From contig RHPI01002090.1 of NCBI GenBank assembly GCA_009103225.1, forward strand, positions 954,414-1,018,413: a stretch of DNA of 64,000 nucleotides. Reading direction: 5' to 3'. Positions 37,806 through 50,257 of the stretch are shown piece after piece. The position numbers were made by a program, and so were the translations under genes. The notes below the pieces were generated by a model. That model saw nothing but the letters and a program-made list of their open reading frames with translations. It had not been told where the DNA came from and searched no databases. Origin of the DNA: Chlorokybus atmophyticus (lineage: Eukaryota > Plantae > Mesostigma and Chlorokybus algae). Within the stretch, counting starts at the first letter, position 1. The number at the start of each line of letters is the position of its first letter.

Positions 37806-38149
37806 CTGCACTACAGATCAGTACCGGTGTGTTGCGCTGCAGTAGTGCTGGTATCTGAACAGCAGCCACACACATCAACCTGCTTTCGGCCACCACAATG
37901 ATGCGCACCATAGGTGCTAGTGCTGGTAACTATTGGTCACCTTTCCAATTGAATTTGGGGGTAAGGCACATACATGACGTATATGATGAGCCGTTTGCCT
38001 TAGGCAAGTGACCTGTCATTCTTACATGCATCGTATATTTAAACATGCTGGTGTGTGGGCTATGTGGCTGAGGCTGTGTAATACTCGCCATTGCATCATG
38101 CATGCGGCCAAGCGAGTGTGTGCATGGCACATGGCAAAGCACAACATAC

Positions 38150-39300
38150 CACGGATGTGAGCTAGCCCTGCTTAAGCATACACATTCAGCATTGCACTCG
38201 TATCATTTTGTAATATTGCATCCCTTCCATCGCAGTGTAAATGTATCATAGCATACGCATTTATCTATAGCCACGTGACTGCTTTGCATTGTTGACGTGA
38301 TGTTGCTTGAGCAATTGCATACCTTGATGCTACTCCCTTTTTGCATATGAAAATTTCGCTGACGCATTAGTTATGAAGTTAATGTCATCAACGGGGTAAT
38401 AAACACATAACTTATGTGTCCTGATGTGCATTCATCACACAAATTTAAGATGAATAGCAAATTCACCTTACCCATTTCATAAGTTGATTTGAGCGTACCT
38501 TATTGCAATACATATTGGTGTTCATTGGTTTCCAACTCTTGTGTGTTGGGTTGTAGTTCATAAAACGCCACAATTACAATGTAGCGTGAGACCTTTCAAT
38601 GCATATACTTACATCTATACACACATATAACATGTATGTTGGCGATCAGCCGCGTTGTGGGGCCATATTATAGCCTTTGCATGTATTGTTCATAACCACA
38701 TAAATGAATATCACGCAATATGAGAATACCATTCGCCTACACTCAAACATCATATCGGCGTTTGATACAAGCTTGCAAATATTGCTGCAACTCAATTGAA
38801 TGCATGATACACACACACACACACCCTCCGGCACCTCCGCACGGGTGGGGCCCAGTGTGATAGTAAAACTTGCTTTAATTGAGACTTTAACTTGCGTACA
38901 TAATATGTATATTGATGAACTTGCAATCGTTATATAATCAATGTATTATTAACAATTCTGATTGGCTTCATCTTTCTAGCTGTAAAATGTGTACCAAGTA
39001 ACATGAGTAGTCACGATTTGTTAATGTAGTTGCTCGTCAGAATGTCAATTGTTTTTAGCAATTGTGCGCATCAATATAGCTTCAGTATTTGTCAAATATA
39101 ACAAATAGGCCACAATAATAACATCACAATGTCATTACTGTGGCTTTCGAAAGCCATTTGTTGAAAACACTTGAAACACCAACATGAGCCGCATTGGCTT
39201 CTTGGAACCACTTCTTACAATGCTGATGTGACTCATCTAACGTTTTGTGTTCCACACAATGGGATTGCGTGGAACATGACACAAGCGTGACTTGTTGTGC
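38150..39300. other. AT-rich intergenic island, possibly an old TE remnant
   Basis: Abrupt drop in GC relative to flanking genes; no ORF of note; (CA)n at ~38808-38823. Confidence 0.5.
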
Positions 39301-39339
39301 ATTTCATGCTTTGGAGCAAGTTTTATCCTATCTCGGCGC

Positions 39340-39416
39340 CTGTTGACTCCGTCGCAGCGTCGACGCGCGTCCGCTCGCCAGCGTCGACTGTTGACTCCTT
39401 CGCAGCGACGACGCGC
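39340..39416 (+). repeat. Two 29-bp direct repeats, 48-bp period
   Basis: ctgttgactccgtcgcagcgtcgacgcgc (39340-39368) vs ctgttgactccttcgcagcgacgacgcgc (39388-39416). Confidence 0.85.
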
Positions 39417-39831
39417 ACTGCACTGCGCACTGCACTCCGCGGCAAGCGTCTACGCGTCATGCACGTCGTTGTACTGGACTGAGGCAGGCCGGCGATCGGG
39501 CGGCGGCGACGCTGGCGAGGGGAGGGGCGGAGCTGCCGCCGTCGTCGTCGTCGTCGCCGTGGGGGCCGGCGGGGCTGCGCGGCTCCTCCTCCGCCTCGGC
39601 GTTTCTGGACCACCTCCAAGATCAGCACGACGGCATTGCCTCGTCCGGCATACGGTCGCCGCCTCTAAGCGCCGCTGGCACTGCCCCCTCGCTGCCTTCC
39701 CCCGCCGCCGTCATCGCTGCCGCAACCGCCGCCTCCTCAAACCCGAAGTCTCCAGGCCCCTTTCCCAGAGAACCCCGCAAGTCGATACCCAGTCCATTGC
39801 CTCCCCAGCAGCATACGCCAACCACAGTCCA

Positions 39832-40145
39832 GGTACTACTGCAGTCGTTATGGCATGCACAGTCCGCATCACAGCTGCTCTGGATGCAATGCTGACTGGG
39901 AACATTACCGTAGTGCTGATGTTTGTGCAATGTCTATGCACTTTGTCAGCAATGCCACAACGGTTGATCACAAGTGCGTATGCCCCCAAGTACTGCAGCA
40001 ATTGTCATGGCATGCACAGCCGTTGTAGCTGCTCTCAATGCAATGCTGACTTGGAACATTACCCTAATACTGATGTTTGTGCATTAAGTTGATGCACTTG
40101 GTCAGCAGTGTCATAATGGTTGCTTAAAAGCGCGTATGCAACGGT
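39832..40145 (+). repeat. Diverged two-copy ~158-bp tandem repeat
   Basis: Both halves contain tggcatgcacag..agctgctct..atgcaatgctgact.ggaacattacc.ta.t.ctgatgtttgtgca..tgcactt.gtcagca..gcgtatgc. Confidence 0.8.
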
Positions 40146-40553
40146 TGTCTCACTCTTGCATCTGCAGAGTTCGGGCACATGCGCAGCACTGTGCTTCTGG
40201 CTATTACTTGGAGCAACACTCATCGCAAGTTGAACTTGCCTGATGCTCGCTGTCGAGCTGCCACGGATGTCACAAGTTGAAACTGTGTTGCTTGCCATGT
40301 AGCAGCATAGGAGTAATCAACCAATGGAAGAACAGGATACTCATGCATGTCGGGGTTATGAACCAGAAAGCTCACTTATAAGCTTGTGTTAACGGGTTCA
40401 TCACCAGCTGGGCATCATTGTCAGCACATGCAATGTGCTGACAATGACCATTGATAGGTGTTCTAGTAGCGTCAATTATCATCACCCTTCTACGTGCAGG
40501 TGGTGATTGGTGGCGAGCGGGAGGAGACTTGGCCGCTGCTGCTGTCCCCTGCA

Positions 40554-42412
40554 ATGGTAGTGGCCGGATACAGCTGGCGGACATTGAGCCTGCTGTGCGT
40601 GTGCGTTGCTGGCGTATGGCTGTCTTATGTCGTGCAGGGTGTGCTACAAGAAGACATGTAAGCCTCCGCTTGTCTGCCTCTTCTATCAATATAGTTTGGT
40701 CTGGAGCACTTGTGGGCTTACCACAACGCACCATTTTGCACATGCGTCATTGAGTGGCAATAGTGATGGAATTACTGGTAACTAAAGATTGTCACTGATG
40801 TGCTGACTGTGATGCTTTACAGATCCACGAGGCGCTATGCACCTGACGGTCAGCAGTTCCCCCATTTGGTATTCTTGAATTTCGCGCAAAGTGTCGCCTG
40901 CTTCTTGTGGGCTGGTGCAGGTAAGCGTATATATCGGCTATCATGTTTGAGTTCCACGTCAATAGCTGTCAAGCCGTCAGTCACAAGGAGTGCGCCTGTT
41001 CTTCCTTGGGCTGCCTGCACAGTTACAGCCACAGTGTCATTATATTCTTGCTGTGCATATTGATGTGCAACGTCAGCGCCATTGGCTGACCGTCGTTTCT
41101 TTGCGCAGTTGTTGCCTGGATGTCAAAATTCCGATCTCGATATGAAAACGCACACCTGCCATTTTGGGGTTACTTGTGGCCTGCGCTGTCGAACTCCATA
41201 GGTAATGGCATAGGCGGCCAGCTCAGCGCACTGTATCAACCTGCAGCTTGCTTCACTGTCTTAGCGCAACCTCGTTCGCAGGCCCTGCTTGCGGCATGCA
41301 GGCCTTGAAGAACATCAGCTATCCAGCACAGGTGTGTGCTTGCCACAGTTGTATGATGTGCAAGATTGCCTGCCTGTTGTTGTAGTAGTGTTGAAGGAGG
41401 GTGGTTTCAATTCTAGCCCGGTGCAGGTTCTGGCCAAGTCATCCAAGATGGTGGCAGGTCGGTTTCACATCAAGTGCTAGGCTCTAGGATCGGTACTATC
41501 TGCCTCTGATTGAATATGTGCAAATAACCTGGTGTGCCCGCAGTCATGGTCGCTGGCACTCTATTGTCTGGCGCTGTCTATTCCTATGGAGAGTACATGT
41601 GTGCCTTCCTGATCGCTGGTGGCATTTCAGTGTTTGCCATGTTCAAGGTGAGTGCACAAGTGGTTTAAGCAATTCCTTGTACCCATGCTGAGAGATGTGC
41701 AGTAATAGGAAAGTTCTTGCCGCCACAAGGCTATGTTATGCGGTGAAGTAACAGTCAACACCACCTCATGAACCTGTTTTCTGATGCCAGGCTTCCAAAG
41801 CGACTTTGGACAAATTGGCCAACTACAACGCTCCGTTAGGGTACTTCTTGTGCGCTGTTAACTTGGCCATGGACGGCTACACCAATGCTGCACAAGACCG
41901 GTTGCACAGCAGGTCAGCGCGGACCCTTGTGTACGCGTGCGCTGTGTACTGCTGGCGTGTTGAGCTTTGTCATAACCAGTGCTTTGCGCAGGTACCCAAA
42001 ATTGAACAGCCTGGATATGATGTGTGGGATCAACTTCTTCTGCTCTGTCATATCCGCATTGGGCTTGTTTGTCTTCACCGACGTCGGGTACCAAGCCATC
42101 CTCTTCATCCAATACCATCCAAGGGTTGGATACGATATTGTCCTGTACTGCCTCTGCGGAATAGTTGGCCAGAACTTCATCTTCCTCACAATCAACCGCT
42201 TCGGGTCGCTGATCTGCACAACCATTACGACACTGCGCAAGTTCACGAGCATACTGCTCTCATCGGTCTGGAACAACAACCCCTTGAGCTCTGCGCAGTG
42301 GGCGGGAGTGTTCTTGGTGTTTTTAGGGCTTTTCCTAAGCATTTACATAAAGGCATCCAGGCGCAAGAGCGGGTTGCAAAAGAAGCCTGGTGTTGATGCA
42401 AAGGGTCATTGA
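40554..42412 (+). CDS. UDP-galactose/UDP-glucose transporter (SLC35B1/HUT1/UTr3 family)
   Basis: MVVAGYSW..CVAGVWLSYVVQGVLQEDI|STRRYAPDGQQFPHLVFLNFAQ; ALKNISYPAQ|VLAKSSKM; NLAMDGYTNAAQD; GQNFIFLTINRFGSLICTTITTLRKF; C-terminal KKPGVDAKGH*. Confidence 0.93.
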
Positions 42413-42627
42413 GGGAAATAGGTCAGATGGGTCTGTTGTGTGGTCACAACTTGTGCCCGCACAATATGCCAACAGAGCTGGGTCGGTCACTTCAGCAGTA
42501 GACATTGCAAGAACACTTTGACTGACACATCTACTGACAATGTCGCAAGTGATTGTCTCACAAGCCTCCAGTCACACATGCTTTGTACATTTGTCCTTGT
42601 GCATAACTCTCAGGCAAATCGCATCAA

Positions 42628-44595
42628 TCACTGCTTTAGAAGGTGCTGCCTGAACCATGCGTGCATCTCAGTCAGGGCTGTCTTCGCATCCGCAACATCG
42701 TCTGCCTGCATGCAACACGGCATGCGCTCATTAAGTTTTCTCACGTATACACAAGACGCAGACCACACCTTCGGGTCATGTGCAAAAGCGTGTCCTCGAC
42801 CCGGGAACACCAGAAGCCGGTGCTCACACTGTATCATCACAAACTTAAAGAGAATTTGTATGACAATTGCTGCTGTGCAGCAGATAAGCACAATCACACC
42901 GCCGCCAACAAATAAGTCAAGTTACGTAGTCTTACCGCAGCGGTGTCAAAGAGATGCTTTTGCAGCGAAGTCACCTGCACAAGAGTGTGCGATCAGTTGA
43001 GTAACGCTGGCACACATGAAGTGCACGCAGGTTTAATGTATGGCCACAAGGCTATGTAGCGCGCACCACATCATGAGTGACCAGATGGTCTTGATCTCCT
43101 GCATGTTACACGCAGTTGGTAAGCACAGACAGCTGGCGGTGCATTTGTGACAACCGTTGCACTGCACCTGCTATGAACAGCAGTGGCGCAGCGATGGTAG
43201 ATGCAATGCGCGGGTTGACTCGTGTGCCATAGAAGGACACTCCGGCAGCTGCTCACAAAATCTTAGTTGGTGAAATGCTCGGGTAACTCACTCACAGCCC
43301 ACCTTTGCACTCACCATACTGGTTGGCGTCATCCTCGGCCAACAACTCAATCACCCGCCCTCCACCAATGCTGCACGCGCACATGATTACCTGTGCACTG
43401 CATGAAATGCTAGACGACACACGCACCAGAATCCTAGCAGACCCAAACGTTGGACACGCTGCTTCATGTGGTGAACAGCTGCGGTAATGTCAGTAAGTAT
43501 GTTCTCTGGCGTATGCTGCGAGCGCCATCGCTCATAGGCTTCCTGCGCGCAAGCATGATTGTTGCTGCTGCGTGACATACACATCGTGTTGTGTCCAACC
43601 AGTGCTGTCATCACACCTGGTCACTGTAATCGCCTTTCCATGGTTTGCCTCGGAACATGTCCACCAGCAGCACGTAGAAGCCTTGCTTCGCCAAATTCCG
43701 TCCCACTGCACCATTCGCCTTGTCACGGTGCCCTCTCACTGCACACACAGCACAGGTTGTTGGCAACTCAACGCAAATGGTGCCCTATACGCTCGCGCTC
43801 GCTGCCACGCACGCAGCAACCGGCCAAGGTACTTCAACGTTGTGTATGCACCTGCGATGTCGTACCATCGCTGAGCAGCAGGATGCCCGCGGAGCTACTT
43901 CCATTGCTAAAGCATATGCACACTGTTAGCTCTGTGAGATGTTAACAATTGACAACGATACTGCGCATTGCTGGTGCGTGGAATCTCGAGCTCTACGCAC
44001 CTGCCATCGTATGCGATTGCATCAATGGTTCCCGAGCTGTTTCCACGGGGGATGGTGACATTCTGTGCCTGCAAGCTTGATGACAAGCATGATGGTGACG
44101 CAGGGCGGCGCTCTGTGTTTGTGGTGGCATTCGCTGCAAACCTCCTTTTGTGCCATACCAACGTTTGCACTTGATTTCTGCTGCTTGGCCGTGGAGGCTG
44201 GGAGGCACTCTGGGCTGCAATCTGCGAATGACAATGACAGAGACGAATGCTTAACACTAAGCATGTCCTCTGCCAGCTGTAAGCTTACATCGCTTGCGAG
44301 CTACCAGCATGCAGCATGCAATACTCACAAGTTGCAGCAGTACACACGAGGAAGACCATGAGCAAGATGCAAGTGCTACACTCTGTACCAAACCTCAGCT
44401 CAAAGCACGCAATGCGCTGTGCAAACAAGGCACTTGATGGCACTTGCTTACAGCTTGCTGGCGTCCTCCTGGAGGCAGTTTAGTGGTAGAAGGGCAGCAG
44501 GACAAGGCTACGGGCGACCAGAAGCGCAGTGAGCTCGAGGCTGCCATCGCCCTGACCGCCGGCAGCACCACAGCCGCCGCCGACATCGCACGCAT
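42628..44595 (-). CDS. Dienelactone hydrolase family protein (carboxymethylenebutenolidase-like) with putative organelle transit peptide; start uncertain (44595/44586/44547)
   Basis: AGILLLSD; GFYVLLVDMFRGKPW; nucleophile motif LGLLGFCIGGG; GVSFYGT; LLFIAG; VFPGRGHAFAH; AWFRQHL*. Confidence 0.88.
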
Positions 44596-44633
44596 AACTC
44601 CACTGCAACGCAGCACAGCATGCACGCTGCGCC

Positions 44634-47600
44634 ATGCTGCGGAACGCTACCAGGGCGGCGGCGGCGGCGGTGAGATCTGGGTTGACGACGGCGGTGGGGC
44701 TGGGCTGGCTGCCCACGGAGGCAGGTGGTTGCCCTGCTGGCACTATTGCTGCTGCTGCAGCTGCTGAGCGAGTGCACTCCTGGCGGTGGTGCAGCAGCAG
44801 CAGCAGCAGCGCCAGCGGCGACGGCACAGCCTTCTCCGCTTCTGCTTTGAAGCCATGGGCGCCGATCATAGCTGTGGCTCGTCCCTGCTTCAGAGGTGAT
44901 TACTCCTTAGAACATTACCTGGTCCGTCGCACGCATCAGTGTATGCTGAGGCGAATCCCTCTGACCGAACAATGCGAACAAGGTGCATGCGATCAGGTTG
45001 CTGGAGAGTCGCGCACGCAATGACAGAGTTTCGGCTCAAGGGCATTGTCCGCATAACCTGTTACCATCCACTTACATGACTGCAAGTCGAGTTTACGGTT
45101 ACCACCAGGACAAATTCGCCTGCTGTGCAATAGTTTTCGCTGGTAATGGTTCCAAACACTTGTGCATGTAGGTGTCAATGCGGCGTACAGTGCACTCGCT
45201 GCAACAGCTGCAGTTCAGGCGGCCACAGCTCACTCGCGCACAGTGGACCTGGACGCCTTCCCACCAGAGCGCGTGCGCAACTTTGGCATCATCGCACATG
45301 TTGACCATGGGAAGAGCACTCTAGCTGACCGCCTGCTGGAGATGACCGGCACGATACAGCGCGGCGGCCCTCAACAGTACTTAGACAAGCTGCAGGTGGG
45401 TTTTACACACAGCATGCCCCGTCTCGAGGTGCCTGCTTGCACGTGCCCACATCGTGCACGAGTAAACACATCGTCTCATGGCATCTTGCCATGCAGGTTG
45501 AGCGGGAACGAGGCATTACAGTCAAGGCACAGACCGTGTCGCTCGTGTACAGGCATAGTGACGGCTTCGATTACTTGCTCAACTTGATTGACACACCGGG
45601 CCACGTTGACTTCAGCTATGAAGTGAGCCGCAGCCTCGCAGCCTGCCAGGGCGCTTTGCTTCTAGTTGACGCTGCTCAAGGCATCCAGGTGGGTTATCCT
45701 TAAGACACATGTACATCATAGAGACTTGGTTGTCACGTTAGCGGCAACACGCATGGCTTCGTAGCCAGTTGTTGTGTACACCCTGACTATTTTGCATATC
45801 ATATAGGCGCAGACGCTTGCAAACTTCTACTTGGCATTTGAGAACGGCATCAAAATCATCCCTGTTATCACCAAGATTGATCAGCCTCACTCGGACATAC
45901 CGAGAGTTGCCGAGCAGCTGAAGTCCGTTCTTGACGTGAACCCAACAGAGATCCTCACCATCTCTGCCAAGGCTGGATTGGGTCTGGAACAGGTACTCTT
46001 GTTGAATGAGGCTTGGACAAGCTGATGGCGCAGTAGAATCGGACGGTCAATGCCCCTGAAACTTTGCAGGTGCTACCCGCAGTTGTAGAGAGCATTCCCG
46101 CGCCTTCAGGCCGTGCATCCGAGCCTCTGAAGCTGTTGCTGTTCGACTGCTACTATGACGACTATCGTGGCGTGATTTGCCTTGTCGAGGTAGTGTGGTT
46201 GTTTGCGTGTCATGCCATCCGCCCTCTACTGCATGATAACCATGCCACTGATGCCATAAGGAATTTGGCAGGTGTTGGATGGAGAGATGTTGAAGGGAGA
46301 GCGCATCACATCAGCCGCTACAGACCAGAGCTATGAGGTGCTTGATGTAGGCATACTTCACCCTGAGCTCACTCCAACAGGGAGACTGCTTACTGGCCAG
46401 GTGAGTGCCACACACGCTTGGGTAATGCTGAGGTTGCAGCTATATGTGGTCAATATTTTCAGTTAGTCGATCCCTCAGGCCTCTTGGTGGTAGCTTAGCC
46501 AACACACCACATTCTGTGTCGCTTGCCTGGCAGGTTGGTTACATCATTACGGGGATGCGAACTACCCGTGAAGCGCGCGTAGGTGACACGCTTTACCGTC
46601 TGGGAAAGCCCGTTGAGCCGCTGCCCGGTTTCAAGCCTGCGAGGTCTACCGTGTATGCGGGAGTGTACCCGACCAGCAATGCCGATTATGACGGTCTGCG
46701 AGCTGCTATTGAGAAGCTCACTTGCAACGATGCAAGCGTGGCTGTCTCCAAAGAAAGCTCCGCTGCCCTTGGTATTGGCTTCAGGTATCGTCCACCAGCA
46801 GCGATACTAGCTGCTTGAGCTGCCACTGATATTTGCATGTGCTGTATGTGATGTTCGCAACTATGCATTGACAGGGCTGTTTGTAGTGTGGCTTGATGCG
46901 GGCTTTACATGTGTGCAGATGCGGCTTTCTTGGTCTCCTTCACATGGATGTCTTCTTTCAGAGGCTTGAGCAGGTGTGTCTTCTCACGGACTAATTGTTA
47001 CTGTGCTAGTTCTTTGCCACAACAATTTGCTGATTCATGTTATATCGGTGACAATGTTATATTGGTAACAGGAGTACGGCGCCTCGGTTATTGGCACAGC
47101 CCCGACGGTGCCATACATTGTTGAGTATGCGGATGGAAGGTAAGGTGCTGCTGTTGTCAGTTGAGTAAGGCCTGCAGTTTTAGGCTACACACTGTTGCAT
47201 GTTGCATGATGCGCCCCCTCAGTTGCTCTATTCGCTCGCTGCTGCTGCAGTCAGCAGCAACTCTCCAATGCAGCGCAGTTGCCAGCAGCGGGTGAAACTA
47301 GCAAAGCCCGCATTGCCAGGATACTGGAGCCAACTGTAAATGCCACGGTGATCAGTCCCTCAGAGTAAGTGACGCACGGAAAACTGTGTTGCTCTCACTG
47401 TCAACGGAGTTAAGGTTGCAACGTGTTGCCTGCCTTTAACCAGTATGGGTGCATATTGTGTTGCTAGATCACTCCGTTTGCTATCTGGTATGTTATATTG
47501 AGTCTGTCTGTCTGTACGCATGTATGTGCGTTCGTACGTACTACTAGAATTTTACACGTACGCATAGGTCTACTACTAGAGCATATTGCATGCCGCTCGA

Positions 47601-48378
47601 GTAGTGCTTAAAGTGTGGCTGTTGTGTCCTGATGCAGCAAGGGCTCATGCAGGTACGTAGGGTCCCTGATGACTTTGTGTGCGGAGAGAGAAGGGGAACA
47701 GCTGGAGTATTCGTATTTGGACAGTCAGCGCGTGCTGCTGCGATACAAGTTTCCACTGCGCGAGATCGTCACTGATTTTTACGACCAGCTGAAGAGCAGG
47801 TCATCTGGTTACGCTTCGTTTGACTACGAAGAAGCTGGGTAAGGAGGAGTCATTTGAACCAGAGTGTGGTTGTCTTAGTTCATTGCCAGGCTCGACCTGT
47901 GTTATAACAATGTATGTGGTTTATCGTACTGCAGATACACGCCATCAGACGTGGTGCGTCTGGACATATTACTCAACGGCGAGCTCGTGGACGCATTTGC
48001 GTCGGTGGTGCATCGATCCAAGGCGGCCCGCATAGGCCGCAACTTGGTTGACAAGCTGAAGGATCTGATTGACAGGTGAATGAGTCACGGGATGGACTAC
48101 CACAGGGAGAGTGCGACATGCGTGCTAACATTTCCGTCTGCAGGCAAATGTATGAAGTCGCCATTCAGGCAGCTGTTGGCGGGAAGGTTGTCGCGCGGGA
48201 GTCTCTCTCCGCATTGCGCAAGAACGTGCTGGCCAAGTGCTATGGCGGGGACGTGACGCGCAAGCGCAAGCTGCTGGAAAAGCAGAAAGAAGGCAAGAAG
48301 CGAATGAAGCGCCTCGGTCACGTTGACGTGCCACAAGAGGCCTTCCTTGGCCTGCTGCGTGGACACACCTCAAAATAA
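44634..48378 (+). CDS. GUF1: Translation factor GUF1 (EF-4/LepA), mitochondrial-type
   Basis: Arg/Ala-rich presequence [16 protein letters not shown]; [22 protein letters not shown]; [12 protein letters not shown]; [18 protein letters not shown]; [25 protein letters not shown]; stop 48378. Confidence 0.97.
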
Positions 48379-48476
48379 TGACACGAATACAGTCGCTCAT
48401 TGATGATAGCTGTGTGGTAAGGCCATTCGGTCTTAGTGTGGCGTTCCAGTCGTATTGCAATATTACCTTACCACTA

Positions 48477-49497
48477 TTAGAAAATTCTAGGCACTAACTT
48501 GGTGCGAGGATAAAGCTCTACAAGGCCTGGCCACTGCACGTACATCTGGTCTGCCAGTCTCAATTTGTACAGCAAAAGTCCGGTGAGAGACAGCTTCTCC
48601 ACCCTTGCAATGCTCTCGACGTACACGACAATCGTATTGCACCAGCCCCACACCTGCCAAGCAGAAGCAGCAATTGCTTCACTAGTGTGTGAATGGGGTT
48701 GATACTATGCCAATACAACAGCAAGTTGCGAAGTGCTGAATAGTGACCTTGAAGAAAAAGGCTGCCCAACACAGTGGAAGGCAAGTCCCGGGACCGTTGC
48801 ACAACATCTGCGAGACACAAGTTTCTCATCAATCCTTCACAGCCATTGTGTTTAGCATGCGGTCTGTGCGAACACTGCAACTAAGCTGACTCAGACAGTC
48901 CAAACAACACTGACCAACTGCGGGCGATGTTTGGCGACAAAATACAGTGCGTGAAGGCAGGCGTAAGCGGTGGTCACAAATGATGACGACCAGGTTTGTC
49001 CAACTTCTCTGCTTCGCGGGATTACTTCGCAGCTACAGTCAGTAAGAGCGCCTTTCTGTTACAACGCGGTCAGGGACCAGCTTGGTGTTGGACAAAAGTA
49101 GTCCCGCATTGCTGGTTCAAGTGAGCACCTACCTGCTGTTCAAGCTCGTGTGCCCGGCGCGCGCTCATCTTATCCGATGCTGCAACCACATAGCAGCGAG
49201 GCGTGTATCGTTTCAGGTCGAGGGTGTCGACGATGTTGAGCATTTCTGCTGTGTGGCCCCCTGCGCAGACAATGTGGCCGCCCTAAGCTGTCAAGTAAAC
49301 AATTCATTGCTATGGTTTATGCGTGCAAAAGGTTTACCGGAGCCAAGGACGATCAGGACAGATACTTTGTCATCTTGTTTTTTCTTCTTTTTGAGAGCCG
49401 GTTTTGCAAAGACAACATACACCGTGCGGCATGCGAGCAAACCCGCAATTGCGAAGCATGACAGTATCGCAGACAACAACAAACTATACTCCTCCAT
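48477..49497 (-). CDS. ALG14: UDP-N-acetylglucosamine transferase subunit ALG14
   Basis: N-terminal TM then VLIVLGSG|GHTAEML; IPRSREVGQTW; NGPGTC; VYVESIARVEKLSLTG; VQWP. Confidence 0.95.
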
Positions 49498-50257
49498 CCT
49501 GTCTGCTAGGAGGAAGCATCCACACAAGCCAATGCGGATCAATGCGCCATTGTGAAAGCTATTCCCTGGTGGTGATTGGCCTTGTGCGCTTTTTTGGCTT
49601 GAGTCTCCTCTATGCCCTGCTGACCCACACATAATGTAAGCTCAGCTCACTTAATTGGTTAATTGCGTTTCTAGTAATATATGAATGAGACACGCGATGT
49701 TGTATTGAGGCAGGTTTATCTGCGAAAGTAATTCTGTTACAGCGTGCGGCATGCTTCTTCCAGTTCACTGCTCGCGAATGCATAACAACGCATGTGGCTG
49801 CATACGATGACTGTCAACTCAGAGAAGATATTGCGTTCTGAGAATTTAAAAAGATCAGCAGCGACGATAACCAGGCCGTGCATACACGCAGAAACGGCAC
49901 GCATGCTGCGACACACTGCTGCAAGCAATGCAGCGCACTGACAGTACTGTCATCCCGCAGGTAAGTGCCGTGCACGTGTATTACAATGACTTATTCGCAA
50001 GGAACACCTGGCCAGGTGCAAGCACCGCCCTCCTCCGCCACCGCCGCCGTCGCCTCCTCGTCAATGTGCACAGCGCCCCAGGGCAAAGAGCTGCATGTTT
50101 TGCTGCTTGGCCGTTGAGGGATGCCCGCCTGTGCTGGAGTCAGGTAGACCGCAGCGCGCAAGCCTGTGCTGGTGCTCGGCATTGCGCGTGTGCGTAGCGA
50201 CGGCGACGGCGGTGGCGGTGGCGGTGGCGGTGGAGGTGGAGGTGGAGGTGGCGGGGG

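Noticed and set aside
44480-44869. Minus-strand [11 protein letters not shown].. as the hydrolase N-terminus
   Set aside because: Lies antisense to the GUF1 presequence exon and is out of frame with the hydrolase first exon; if it were real the genes would overlap even more.
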